A stretch of DNA of 63,960 nucleotides, counting the filler, from Choristocarpus tenellus KU-1152 (lineage: Eukaryota > Protista > Phaeophyceae): the NCBI GenBank assembly GCA_964200185.2. It is 12 parts of 12 records of this genome, joined end to end, with 100 filler letters (N's around TTAATTAATTAA, not from the genome) between each part and the next. Parts side by side here need not be neighbours in the genome. Positions count along the whole stretch, not along the records: positions 10,384 to 14,064 come from CAXNAD020018549.1; positions 14,165 to 17,769 come from CAXNAD020018997.1; positions 17,870 to 22,137 come from CAXNAD020015388.1; positions 22,238 to 29,216 come from CAXNAD020006931.1; 8 more parts are not named here. One strand, written 5' to 3'. Below the pieces are notes generated by a model. The model was not told the DNA's origin, did not search any database, and saw only the letters and a program-made list of their open reading frames with translations. Positions within the stretch are counted from its first letter, which is position 1; every line of letters starts with the position of its first letter. The translations under genes and the position numbers were made by a program. This document shows, piece after piece, positions 13,071-25,500 of this stretch.

Positions 13071-13373
13071 CCAGTCTTGATTTTTTAAGGGTTGGCCAAC
13101 GAGTTAAACAACGATGAGCATATCAAATGAAAGCTCTGGATCTAAGCTATCACTGGTGAAAAGGAATTTTTTCGGAATTTTTTTTGGTAAGGTTAAATTT
13201 TACCCGAATGGTTTCGGCATAACCTTGGAAATGTTCCGGAATGAATTATCACGACCAAACATATTATTCCGAAAACGTTCCTTTGAACCAGTGATAGCTT
13301 AGATCCAGAGCTTTCATTTGATATGCTGATCCTTGATTAACTCGTTGGCCAACCTTTTAAAAATCACGATTGG
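13071..13373. repeat. Foldback inverted repeat (~108-bp arms, ~87-bp spacer), probable MITE
   Basis: Arms contain a perfect 41-bp inverted core, agcatatcaaatgaaagctctggatctaagctatcactggt. Confidence 0.9.
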
Positions 13374-13469
13374 AAACCGCCGAAACGGTACGTGGGCGAA
13401 CCTCGGCTTAATATTGTTTAAGCCGCTCACAGGACACTGTGGTGCACAATGAGCTCCGAGTTGTCGCCT

Positions 13470-13775
13470 GCCCCTCACAGGACACTGTGAATTGAACCCG
13501 ATAGAGATGGTCTGGGGGCGGGCGAAGCACTATATACGAGGCCGTTGTGACTACACCTTGCCTGGAATGAGAGCCAACATTCCTATCAGTCTTACATTCC
13601 TATCAGTCTTAAGGATGGAGGGGAGCTGTCCAGAGTAATTGTGGAGAAGTTCTTCAGGATGAGTATTGCTTACGACCTGATATATTCCAAAGAGAAAGGT
13701 ATGGAATGCACCAAATTCGACAGGGCATACAAGGCATTTAAGTCTCAAAGGAGGCCTGCACCTTCAGAATACCTC
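13470..13775 (+). pseudogene. C-terminal fragment of a Tc1/IS630-like DDE transposase
   Basis: HCELNPIEMVWGRAKHYIRGRCDYTLPGMRANIP, then a 17-bp tandem duplication (acattcctatcagtctt) and a frame change, then VEKFFRMSIAY...YKAFKSQRR (cf. the C-terminal KYKSHRR of this transposase type). Confidence 0.8.
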
Positions 13776-14029
13776 ACTTGGCTTGGCATGGATTGTCTGG
13801 TCCAGAGGTCTGGGCCCCCATGAGTGAGCCTTAGCCAGCAGGTGACAACATCGCATACACAGAAAATAATGGAAAGAGAATGGAGAGACAACAACACCCA
13901 TGTTCTCCGGGTGAAGATGACCTCATCAGGCGTCAAATCTATCCTTGAATGCGCAGTTCACGCGCGCAGCATGCACCTCCACGCGATCCGTGCGCGCGGA
14001 CTACTTGATTTAAATATTGTCCTGTGTTT

Positions 14030-14064
14030 GAGCCAAAGTATCCTAGAGGGTAGAGCCGCGTCCA
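14030..14064 (+). mobile_element. MITE family B left end (truncated by contig end)
   Basis: gagccaaagtatcctagagggtagagccgcgtcca matches 2780. Confidence 0.8.
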
Positions 14065-14654
14065 NNNNNNNNNNNNNNNNNNNNNNNNNNNNNNNNNNNN
14101 NNNNNNNNTTAATTAATTAANNNNNNNNNNNNNNNNNNNNNNNNNNNNNNNNNNNNNNNNNNNNCGGTGATTCTCTTCACCACCCTTGCCTGAGTAAACC
14201 ACGCCGCCACAGAATCACACGATTCACATGTACCCTACTCAAGTTTCTTAGAACAAATATAAAATGAATATTTAGATATTTTTCACATTCTCTTCATCCC
14301 AACGAAGTTGGTCCATTGTGTATGTACAACTGAGTTATTAGTAAGGACCAGAACCAATACTAGAATCAACATAGTGAAAAAACATCAAACAAGTATTGAC
14401 AACGTCATATACTGTTAGTATTATCTACACTACTTCATACAGTCACTTTTTAATATCTGTTGTCTACATCCCCACCATATACGATTGTAGCAAGTAATTT
14501 TCCCCATTTTTATGTCTGAACTTTGGATAATATCTTCAATTCTGAAGGTTGAATATTTTTTAAATCCGAAAAGTGGTGTGTTTGACTTTTGTGATACGGT
14601 ATGACGTAGAAAAAACTGTTGATTTTACCCTTACCATTATTAGGGCGTAAGGGT

Positions 14655-15165
14655 TTAGTTTTTCCTCTGACATACCTTCAAAATGTCAAAGGGTATAATA
14701 ATTATATATACTCACAACTGTTGTTACTTTTTAGAGATTTTCTTGACATGTGAATAGTTTTCATTGGTTTTTCCCAAATATAATCTGCAAAGTGTGAGAG
14801 GGTATAATAATAATATATAGATTAGTGGTGGTTTTCATACTTTCAATGTTTTATAGTGTTTCACATTTATGATATTTTATTTCTTTAGGGCTAATATTGA
14901 CGCATGTATAGTTTTCATTGGTTTTCCCCCTGACACATCTGCAAAATATCAGAGGGCATAATAATATATGTATATATAGAATATCTATATGACAAGTATT
15001 GCTATAATTTTGAGACCTTTATTGATAATAAATTACAATATTTTTCTGAGATATAGTTTTGGTTTTTCCCTGGCACATCTCCAAAATGTATGAGAACATA
15101 GTAATATATACCTCAGAGTTAGGAGTTTCATTGGTTTTTCCCTTCACACCTTTGTTAAAGGGATA
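14655..15165 (+). repeat. Array of about five degenerate ~60-bp units
   Basis: Unit atagttttcattggtttttcccctgacacatctgcaaaatgtcagagggtataataatatata at about 14656, 14755, 14908, 15052 and 15124. Also at 46160 (+) and 46472 (-). Confidence 0.75.
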
Positions 15166-17882
15166 CAAATTATGATCTCATACTGCTCTGGAGATTGACA
15201 TATTTGGCGGAAATGAGGAATTTTCCACATCTCCTCCAGTAAAACGCCTCTGATTGACCAGGAAACGATTCTAAACCTACACGACAATCGACACATGACC
15301 CTTGGTTCTTAAGGTGCTTTTGGAACCCGAATTAGGTAATCAATAACTGAACTGTATTGTAAGAGCTGTCTACCCAACAACAACAAAGGTCGTATGCTGG
15401 TCGATAAATCTTACAGGTGTGGTTTCATCAGGGTTGAATGGGAGGTGGTGGTAAGCGTGAATGGACCTGTCCTGGGGGTACAAGGAGCATGAAGCACGAC
15501 TTTCAGCAAAGGGACCAGGTGAAAGCGCTCTGTTCACGCTTCTTGGCACTATTATTTCCTCCGCTTAATGGCGCATATGATCTTTCTTGGTACCTTCTGG
15601 ACGTTGAAATGTTCCGGACTTTACAAAATGCCATCTAGTGGAGCAATGTGTGGAATCGTCCTTTCTTGCTCATAAACTTCCTTTATCTTTCATCGATTAG
15701 GACCGGAGTATGGCTGTTCGTCCACCATTATCTGCACAGGGAGTGTCCTATAGTGGGGGTGTTTCTTCATCAGCTGCAATATCAACCATTTTCGTTGTAG
15801 GGGATCTTAGCGCGGTCAACTTCGACTCCCCTTTGGCGTCATCGCATCAGCTGTATGGTCATCGGAAGGGCCCTTGCCTCATCGATGAGGGTCGCGTGGA
15901 GAGGCAAGAGGGTAGACCAAAGGGGTGTTTCGGTACGTTGTCGTTGGGTCTGCTTGGCGAGCGGCAGGTGAGTCATACTGACTGTCGCACTTGGGGAATA
16001 AGAGATAGGAGGGGGGAGGAGTTTTAGGTGAACTCTTTAGATGAACTCTTTCTGAAGTTCCTTTGAATGATATCTTTGGATGACTAAAGAAGGCGTTTAC
16101 AGCGTGTCGATAGGAAGAAGTGTGCTGTGATTCTTTGCTTCAATACTGTTGCATAATGTGTCGCAAGAAGCAAAGTACATGTTTTGTGTTGTTCTGAAGT
16201 GTTGTACTAAGCATACTGAGGGTCGGATTCCTAGTATGGAAAGCTACGAACTGTACATGAGATGGGTGTCTAGGCGCCTAGCCTTTGCCGATGTTCAATC
16301 GAACCCTATTGCTGGGTACTCGGGGTACTCGAATCTTGGCTGGTCCCAACTAATCCGTTCTACGATGATGGAGTTCTGTAAGATTGGATTTTTGGGTTGA
16401 CTGGCTACTTGTGGAAATCATGCATTATTTCGAACACCAAGTAGGCTGCAGTTTCTTGGACTCCGATCCCTCTCTCATAGTTGAAATTGTGAACGTGCTG
16501 TGTCCCATTTCTGAAGTTATTGTGTTGAACAGTGTCCCAGACACATTCGTACATCGCACAGTTCGCACTTGTGAATAGGTACAAGAGGGACATTTATGGT
16601 CGAAGAAGTAAAGTGCAATTCAACTGGGCTTTCATTTGTTATAAAGCTCTACTTAAATAGTTCACCCAGCGTGTTTGCATCACCTTTAGACATCTGTTAT
16701 GATTTGTTTTCTTGTGTACTTCGCATTTAGTGCATTTTTAATCTCTTGCTTTGACTTCGAATTTTCGATTGCTAACATAACAAATACGCGTGCCATGCCT
16801 TCATCTCTCTCTCTCTATATATATATATTCTTCTGTTCTATATCGCTGTCCAACAATGATATCAATATAAACTACTTCTTCTCCATGAATATCTCCAATA
16901 GTTTGTAGCACACATTTTAATGTACATTGAATCGAACTCGCTAATGCCCCGAAGCATCTATAGGATTACGGATTGCTCTGTAGAGCCCTGGAACTGCTAT
17001 TTGATTGACTCTGTGAAACGTTGAGCTACCACTCCACCAATGGGACTTGTTGTTTGTGGGACTTACAGTCCCATTATTTGGGTGGTATATCAACATTTTT
17101 TTTATCTTTAGAGGCCGGGATTCTAACTGGCTTAATCTGTGGGCCGTCATCCCACAAGTCACGTGCACTCCCTGAGTGGTCAACTATCCCTTGTGTTTCT
17201 CATTGAGGCTGTGACCTGGGATCCCCCTTTCAGTCTGTCTTCAGTCGGGAGTTGGGAAAGTGGTTCACAAGGATTAGTTGACAAGGATTTGAACCCACAA
17301 CCTCTTGACATTTAGGATCGACTTATGATTTCAGCGGTACAACGGTATTTCCTTATTTGGCATTCGCGGAGAACTAATGAAGTGCCCCAAAAATCTCTTC
17401 TTCTTTTTTCTTGCACTGTTTTTCTCAGGTGGAATTCTGCGCAATGTCAACCCTCAATGCTTGCTGCCTCCAAAATGTTGAGTCGTTATTTCCGTTTCCT
17501 TTTTTTCGGCACCAGCGCCCATGATGTTTCGAACAATGTGGTCTTTGGTATGATTGGTGCGAAACGCCAGCGGCAGAGAGGTTTCGTGGTGTGATTTTTT
17601 AGGTACATAGTAGTAACAGCAAAAACTTTATGAAGTAGCAACAAAATTTTGCCAGTTGTACTGCAATAGTTTAAAGTGGTATTTCACTTTCTTTCCCCCC
17701 TCCTGGAAGGTTGTGTTGGTTCTGTTGCCGTGCATGGGATGACCATGGTTGTTTTTTTTTTTTTCCCCTNNNNNNNNNNNNNNNNNNNNNNNNNNNNNNN
17801 NNNNNNNNNNNNNTTAATTAATTAANNNNNNNNNNNNNNNNNNNNNNNNNNNNNNNNNNNNNNNNNNNNTGACGGAACCCCT

Positions 17883-18058
17883 GGCTCAAAGTATCTGGGG
17901 GGGGGGTGGCGGCTGTCCATTTGGGGACAATTTTTTCATGTCGCAATTTTTGGGTGATTTGGTTGCATACGTCCGATGATGAAAATGCACTTTTCCCGAT
18001 TTTGGTCCAAATGGACTCCCTCGTGTAGACCCCCCCCACGCCCCAGATACTTTGGGTC
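17883..18058 (+). mobile_element. MITE family A, complete copy, TSD CCT
   Basis: cct|ggctcaaagtatctgggg...ccccagatactttgggtc|cct. Confidence 0.9.
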
Positions 18059-18720
18059 CCTCCTAAAATTCACTTGTAAAGAGTTCTTAGCATGCTGGTC
18101 TGGTGAATTAGGAATATCATGGGCATCAGTTCATGATATTGCCTTTGCTAAAATTAAAATGATGTTGACCTCGGCCCCTCTCTTACACTGTGCTGATTTC
18201 CCAGATTTTTTTGGGGTACATGTTGATCCATCAGATTTTGGCAGCAATTATTTTTTAGCTCGAAGAGCGTCAGATGACCCAAGTGACACTTCGCTGCCTA
18301 ATCGTAGCCTACTTCAACAAGAAATTCGATGGAGCCGACGAAAATTACTTGGAAAACATACAAAGAATGTTTGGCAATTGTCCACTCTATAAACCAATGC
18401 TATCCATATCTCTGGAGTCGACATTTTGGCGTATTCACGACCATGCAGCACTCTGATATATATATATATATAATTATTACATGGGAGATACACAAAATAT
18501 GCCGACATGTTGGGCCTTTACCCTCCAGTGATGGTTTGATTTTTATTGTTCATTATAAACCAGGCAGATACATTATTGTGCCTGATGCCCTCTCTTACAT
18601 CTTTTTGAGTGAGATCAACCGAATGTCGACAACTCTGGCCCCTATTTGTAGGAATATTCCGCAAAATACCATGCCAAATACTTCAGCCCCACGTAAAGCA
18701 TATGAAATTTATCCAAGTCA
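18059..18720 (+). pseudogene. Ty3/Gypsy pol fragment (RT connection/RNase H)
   Basis: W...HDIAFAKIKMMLTSAPLLH..DF...F.VHVD.SDFG; IVAYFNKKF; YKECLAIVHSI...PYLW.RHF.VFT/DHAAL; IVHYKPGRYIIVPDALS. Frameshifted. Confidence 0.85.
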
Positions 18721-18762
18721 CCTTCATGAACTGGATGTAATACAGAGTGACCATGAACGTTT

Positions 18763-18930
18763 GGCTCGAAGTATCTGGCAGCTGTCCGTTTGGGGCCAAT
18801 TTTTCTATGTCGCGATTTTTGTGTGATTTGGTTGCATACCTCGGATGGATAATGTAAGTGCACTTTTCTGGTCATGGTCCAAATGGACACCCTGGTGTAG
18901 ACCCCCCCCCCCCCCCAGATACTTTGGGTC
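18763..18930 (+). mobile_element. MITE family A, complete copy, TSD TTT
   Basis: ttt|ggctcgaagtatctgg...cccagatactttgggtc|ttt. Confidence 0.9.
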
Positions 18931-20548
18931 TTTCAGTAGTTCAGTGAATATCTTCCCAACTTTTGGACTGCATCAAAATCTATTCAGCACTTCAGCACTG
19001 AATCAATCTACCCTTTATTTTCGTATTTGGTGGCCCCCAACTCAGCACGTTTGCATCCACAGAATTCAACATATATTATTTTTATGCTGATGCTGAATAT
19101 TACATACTCTGCCGATCATAATTCCTAGGTCACATACACCCCAACACTATGCTTTTCTGGGCTAATTAATGTTCGCAAAATATTGAGAAATCCCTGGTCT
19201 TGCGTGCCTGTCTCGGTCACTCTGCTTTGTGAGGTCACTTCCGTCTTTTTCCACACACAGGACAAGGTACGAGGCTGATGCTTTTGGGTCATGTTTTAGA
19301 AAGATGTCAGAGATTTAGTGTAAGAGGTTTCAGCTTTGCAAATGACGAAAACCTATTCAAAGACATTCTACCTTGCCTCAAGGACAATTTCCCACCACTC
19401 GACCATTGAATGGGTTCCTGTCGATCTTGTGCAGTATGAGATCATTCCCCAGGGATGCTGATATGCTCTTCGGGTATATGCCAATCGATACTGCTTTGCT
19501 TTTCTCATTCCCATCCCAGACAAACAAGAAGTGGTCATTGACAAAACTTGTTTGAAAGGGTATTTTCAATCTTTGATGCACCTGAAATTCTTCACTCTGA
19601 CTTAGGTTCAGAATTTGAAAATATACTTGTTCTGGACTTACAGTTTTGAAATACCACCAAACTAGTACCACACCAATCACAGAGTAACCCTGTTTTAGAG
19701 CATATCAATTTCACTCTTCATCAGGTGTTGTCCATGTACAGTAAGTAACATTGCAGAGAATAATTGGGATACCGTTTTTTTGTTCCTTCAACTTGCTCAT
19801 AATAAGGCGTACAATACTATATTACAAGAAACACCCTTTTTCCTGCTTTTTGGACGCCATCCAACATTTCCGATAGGCGTCAAGCGTTTGATTTAGCCCG
19901 TTGCAATCTGGGTGAAAGGAAGGCTAAACGAACTACTAACAACGAAACTCTTGCTTTCCTCATATTTCCAGTTGGAGCTTGGTACACTGTCCACACACTG
20001 ACCGTGATGGACCTAACCCGAAATTGATTCACCCCTGGCGCGGACTTTTCACAGTGACTGACAAGATCCCCTGCAGTCTATTGTGTCCAAAAATAGGGCG
20101 GCATCGAAGATATTTCCGTCCACCAGGCCCCACTTGAAACCTTATAATCTGAGCATACAACCCCCTGAGCCTACTTGACCAAGTAAGCTCAATGAAGATT
20201 TTCATTGCCATACTTTGCCCTCACCATACCTTAATGGTTCTGAGTCCCCAATAACAATTGATCCTTACAATTATTGAAATTTTTGTGGGACACAAATGTG
20301 CCTGGGGACCTTGTCCAACTACATACACACGATAATCTCTTTACTGAACGATAGGTCACACACGACGGCAATGCATGATACACAGATTATGCAAAGGAGT
20401 ATGATAACAGTAAATACGAATTCTCAAGTCAACACAAGAAACGAGAATTTTACTGGTTATCCAATCCATTTATTTACTGCACGAAACAGTATGTTCGTGA
20501 GATAAGGAATGAGAAATATTTCGAAATCATCCTGCAGGCTGCCGATCA

Positions 20549-20820
20549 ATTTCAGTGTGAAAGCTTTCAGATGACCAGATTCTTGAAGTCGTCGGTTTTT
20601 TGGAGTGAAAGCTTGCGAACACGAGAAGGAGAGCTCATCAATATTTTTGTGAAAAAGCTTTCAAATCGCCGAAAATTGTAAGCTGTTACTACTTGTGGAG
20701 TGAGAGCTTGCAATCAGCGAAAGAAAAAGGGGATAACCGATATTTTTGTGAATAAAGCGTTCAGACGACCAACTGACGATGAGAAGTTGTCGGTAGTAGT
20801 AGTGGTTTGAAAGCTGGTGG
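20549..20820. repeat. Three degenerate ~95-100-bp tandem units
   Basis: gtgaaa(a)gctttca...cc at about 20557, 20649 and 20748, alternating with ggagtga(a/g)agcttgc at about 20602 and 20697. Confidence 0.6.
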
Positions 20821-20984
20821 TGAGTATCCATATTTCACAATCGAGTGGCAGCAGTTCCTTGCATGAAGTATAAACGACGAATGAAACCACGTTCCACGTA
20901 GTATGTCAAATATTCTGAGTATTTGCTTTTTCACCCACCCCCTCCCTGTCATATATGTCAGCGTAATTTTTGTCCTCTCCATCA

Positions 20985-21530
20985 TTATGATTCCTCTTCA
21001 TCCCCATCCTCGTCATCCGAACTTTCCGATCCACCTGCCCTACTTCCTGGAAAGAAATAGTTATGCAGCAATTCCTCTCCTCCTACGATGTCTCTACCTA
21101 GCCTGAACTTCAGCGTGTTAGGTGGGTAACTCAGTGCTTCCCAGAGCGGACCTTTCCGTGCTCTTGCTCCCCCACCCCTTCCCCCCGTCGATCCCTTCTC
21201 AAGACTCCAATTTGTGGGGATAAACTTCGAGTGCCGTTCAACATTCGCCTTCTCCAAGTCCGCCCCGCATGAGTTCATGTACCACAAAAAGTGAGAAGGT
21301 AGTGGCACTAAAAACAGCGCGGTGTGCGGCCACAACACTTCACCCCCTACACACATAGAAGCCACATCGTTCGTCACCATGTACCGAGGAACGCCATCAG
21401 CCACGATGGCGTCATGAACCTCCTTCTCCGTATCGTACACTACGAAGGTTCCGAAGCAAGAAATATCTATGAAGTCCCCAGCCTTGATATCTTTCACCAC
21501 AAATAGCCCGACGCCATGAGAATCAGACTC
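20985..21530 (-). CDS. SET-domain protein, terminal exon
   Basis: Acceptor tttcacag|; ESDSHGVGLFVVKDIKAGDF (GxGLF...DI..G), WYMNSC...ANV, RDIVGGEELLHNY (post-knot GEEL..Y), acidic tail, stop. The upstream exon is not resolved. Confidence 0.75.
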   Translation of the reverse strand, partial: ESDSHGVGLFVVKDIKAGDFIDISCFGTFVVYDTEKEVHDAIVADGVPRYMVTNDVASMCVGGEVLWPHTALFLVPLPSHFLWYMNSCGADLEKANVERHSKFIPTNWSLEKGSTGGRGGGARARKGPLWEALSYPPNTLKFRLGRDIVGGEELLHNYFFPGSRAGGSESSDDEDGDEEES

Positions 21531-22066
21531 CTGTGAAAATGTCCGAAAATATCAGGAAAAACGCGAGTGGGTGGAAAGGCGTAACAGCGAAGAGAGCTCG
21601 TAAGTAGTGTGATACCATGGTTGCGATGGTCGGTCGCCAACTAGACAGAAACGTTACACACACGGTTCACATACAAGCTGTAAACTGAACCTGACGAGAT
21701 TGTTGACTCTACCTTCTATCGCCTGGAGGACAGCACACACCAATCAATGTCAAATGGCATGGACGTATTAGCCAACACTGCTTGCTAGAAGAACCTCAAT
21801 TGAGTGACTTACGATACAGCCACAACAAACAAGCCCTCACATCCGTATGTGAGGTTCGACCGTCCCTCGATGTGCCACCTGCCGGGCGGGGGAACCATCC
21901 GATCCTTCTTGTCAGGACGCCATGTCGTCAAGTACCGTGGGTGGAACCTTTGTCTCCAGAATGTTTACCGGCCGGAGGCGCCCTCCCACCATTTTCTGGG
22001 GTGGTCAGCAGTCAGGATCTTCGACCACAGTCCTGTCTTGGTGACATGATCGCAAACACTAGCCAG

Positions 22067-22137
22067 GAGCCAAAGTATCTTAGAGGGTAGAGCCGCGTCC
22101 ATTTGGGGGTCAAAATACGGTGTTGTGATTTTGATGT
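22067..22137 (+). mobile_element. MITE family B left end (truncated by contig end)
   Basis: gagccaaagtatcttagagggtagagccgcgtccatttgg matches 2780. Confidence 0.85.
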
Positions 22138-22237
22138 NNNNNNNNNNNNNNNNNNNNNNNNNNNNNNNNNNNNNNNNNNNNTTAATTAATTAANNNNNNN
22201 NNNNNNNNNNNNNNNNNNNNNNNNNNNNNNNNNNNNN

Positions 22238-22546
22238 GTTTGAAGGCATCTTGCAGAGGTTTCCCGCGGCACAAGGTATGGCTTCCACTTTATTCCCCTA
22301 CCAGCAACGTACTGTACTGTTGTTGCATGGTAGCATGACTCAGGAAGAAAGGCATTTTTCGCGAGAAATATTTACGCGCGCGTCATACTCGCGTGAATAT
22401 CTCTGGGAGTTTGTGCCAAATCGTCCGAATACGAGAATTCCGGTACAAAAGCCTATTTTTTTTAGCATGTCCAAAAAAGCGGTACAAAATTGCATATATA
22501 TTTTTTTGGTTCATAATTCTTGGGCCCAAAATAGGGGTACATACTG
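22238..22546 (-). mobile_element. End of TA-CAGT DNA element, second copy
   Basis: Reverse complement of 10026..10283; terminates ...ggggtacatactg|ta. Confidence 0.75.
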
Positions 22547-25500
22547 TAATTCTTTGGGGAAGGAGATAGATAGTAAACCGTCGAATTAACCATAACGGAT
22601 TATGGATGATCTCATAAGAGAGATATCCAATCGAAGCGACCTATTTATCCCAGCCAATCAAAATGCTGCAAAACCTGCATTGTACAAGGAGGAGACTTAC
22701 ATTGATTTGGGTAGATGGTAGATGCTCTTGTTTGGTAGCATGTCACACCCTTGCGCCGCCTCAGTCGAAACCCCGATCGTCAGGAAGAAACAGGGATTAT
22801 ATCACCACAACAGGACTTCCATGCACGAATAGGTACCAAGCCAAACTTCACTTTTATACAGAGAGGTTGTCAACCGTATACTGGCAGCCCTTGCACCGAT
22901 GCTTCAATCTGTTTTAACCCAGAACTCCTCGCCCGCTGTCTGTGCAGCCTTAAATACTGAACCTTCTTCCGTTCCGAACTAACACAGTACCTTGTTCGTT
23001 CCCAAAAAGCAAGGCATCAAAACCTGCTCAACCAGACACATATCCGTTCCCCAGTCTGTGCTTTGATCCTCACTTGCTCTACCTACAGACAAGGCGAGCA
23101 ATAGAAGTCGGCACGATTCGGGCAAAGGCTTACCTCCATCACCTTCCTCCCAGGACAAAGTCGATATATGGCTAAAGGTCCACCGAGTATGCTTTCATCA
23201 TGCCTATGGTCAAGACTGCGTCACGTCCATAACTGACGAGTGCAGGAATGCGTAAGACTTGTTCGTTCCCATACCTTTCGGGAACCCACCGAGGACCTCC
23301 GGGTACTCAATCTACTGCAGAGTCGCGTACGATGGTAGCCTTAAACGATACACTTATGCAGTACGTAGCAGCGATGCAAGACTCGAAAATCCCTCCTCTA
23401 TTCGTGGGAAGCCCAACTGATTCAGACGCTGCAGAGTCGTCTTGAAGTTACACTGTGGAGTCTAAGTTTCCAGTCATGTCATTCCAACTACAGATATTTA
23501 GACTTTCATTTCCACCTCGATAATATTCACCATGACACCGGCCTATGGTACTAGTCAAGTATCTACATATGCCCTGCTATATCACCCACACAGAGTCCAC
23601 TCGAGAATGCTTGTCCAGCCAGGTACTCCTTGTCATACGTGCAGGTCTTATCTATTTTTGTGCAAATTGCTCACCACAGCTCAACATAGCAGGCAAAGGT
23701 ACCTTACATGTAGCAAACCCCAGAGGGTGCAGTATTCCACCAATGCTATAGTATTGAGGTCATGGAAACTTCCAATAGAATTTTTCCCTGAGGAAAAGTG
23801 CGCAATATAAGCTGAAGGATAATGATGGGGCTGCCTTACGAAATTATTTTTAGGAGCAACACTTTGTAGACAACACTAGAGGGAACTGTCATTTAGAGAA
23901 GGCCAATGCTCCCAACTATCACCACTGTCACAATGGGTGCATTTTTTCGAGATTCAAACACTCAGATCGAGCAGTAACAATGTACCCTTGTCAGACCTTA
24001 GCAAATGGCGTTGTAATACAAAGGAGGGGTCTAAGATGGATAGTTACAGACTTAAGTAGTAACAAGACATAAATGAACAGCTTTACCTTACTACAGTTGG
24101 ATGTTTATCATGCCTCCTTCTAGGACCTTCTCAACCCTAACACGAGATCACGCCCTATAGTCTTTTCATTATGCTGTATGGATGTATTTATTAGCGGAGT
24201 GAGCACAGCCCTCGGTGGTGGGGGGGTTTCTCTCTTACTATCTTATTGCACACGTCAGCAAACACATCCAAAATGTGTCCTGCCGTTGATCTTACTATGT
24301 CATTTATCCTGTGTAACTAGTACTACGTTAGTAATCATCCGTCAATCCACTTATATCAAGTAATAAGAAATCAATTATCCAACATTCGAACCTATTACTT
24401 TACGCACACGAAAGCAAATAAATGACATTTATTCCATCTAGTCAACATCTCTGTTGTCTAGTGGTGGTCACTAAACACCTATAAACCATATAGACTACCA
24501 GCATATATTGCACACGCCTAACTAATGTTCCGACCCAAGAACAACTCTTGCCCCGATAGGATGTGATACACCTCTTCCCTATTGGTACTAGTGTCAAACA
24601 TTGTGGAAGGATGAAAGCGGAAGAGACAGGTAGGACACAGGGTCCAGTTTTTGAGTTCAAGTCACTCTACTGGAGGGTACGGTTGAAGAATCGAGGTAGG
24701 GGGGAATTCAGCAGGAGAGACAAGTGGCTCCTCAAGGAAACCTCCTAGCCGGTTACAACTGTATTCCTGAAGGACAAGGTGAGGTTTAGCCGGTACATGC
24801 TAGAACAAGAGATTAAAGCAGTGAAAATCATAGTCACTGAAAGGAACATTAGACAGCAGAAGTTAAATGAACCTGCCCACATTAGACCACACATTAATAT
24901 ACATCCGTTGTATAGGCTGAAGTCCTTAGAAAATATAAACACTGAACTCACTACTTTTTATTTTTATATAGTTATTTTCCTCTTTTCAATGTTGTAACAA
25001 CTCTCTGTGATCTCGAATTCTCTATTTTTTATATCTTCTATATTTCACTTCTGTTTTTCTAATGTTTATTTATTTTTAGTTCTCATCCCATCATTCCCTG
25101 GTTTTGAATTTAATTTTTCCTTTTCATAGTTGTTACTCTCCTTATTTACCGATTTGTTTCCTTTTTTTTCTTTTCTTTGTTCTTAATTTTTGTTCTTCCT
25201 TTCATTTTATTTTATTTTTATGCAGTTTCCACTTTGTTACCCTCATCATCCACATAATTTTTTTTTTATTTCTTTTGTTTCTCTTTATTTATTATTTTAC
25301 TGTTTATTGCTCTCATTGGCCCTTCTTTATTTATTTATCTTAATTTTTGTCATTGCCTGTGTTGCGCACTAGCGGCCTTGAGTATGCTTTGTGCTTGGGG
25401 GGCATAGGACAGACAATAATCAGATGCTGTGTAGGTCATGAATAATATAAGTCTTATCCTTGATAAGACTTGTATTTATATAACCGGGAAGATTGGAATG

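Noticed and set aside
15700-16900. Cys/His-containing fragments suggestive of a retroelement ORF1 or zinc finger
   Set aside because: Many stops in the frames examined and no motif I can assign with confidence.
19100-20300. Possible decayed transposase next to the SET exon
   Set aside because: No recognisable catalytic motif; it needs a translated search.
22550-23900. Coding-like composition, possible decayed element
   Set aside because: Stops in the frames examined and no identifiable family signature.
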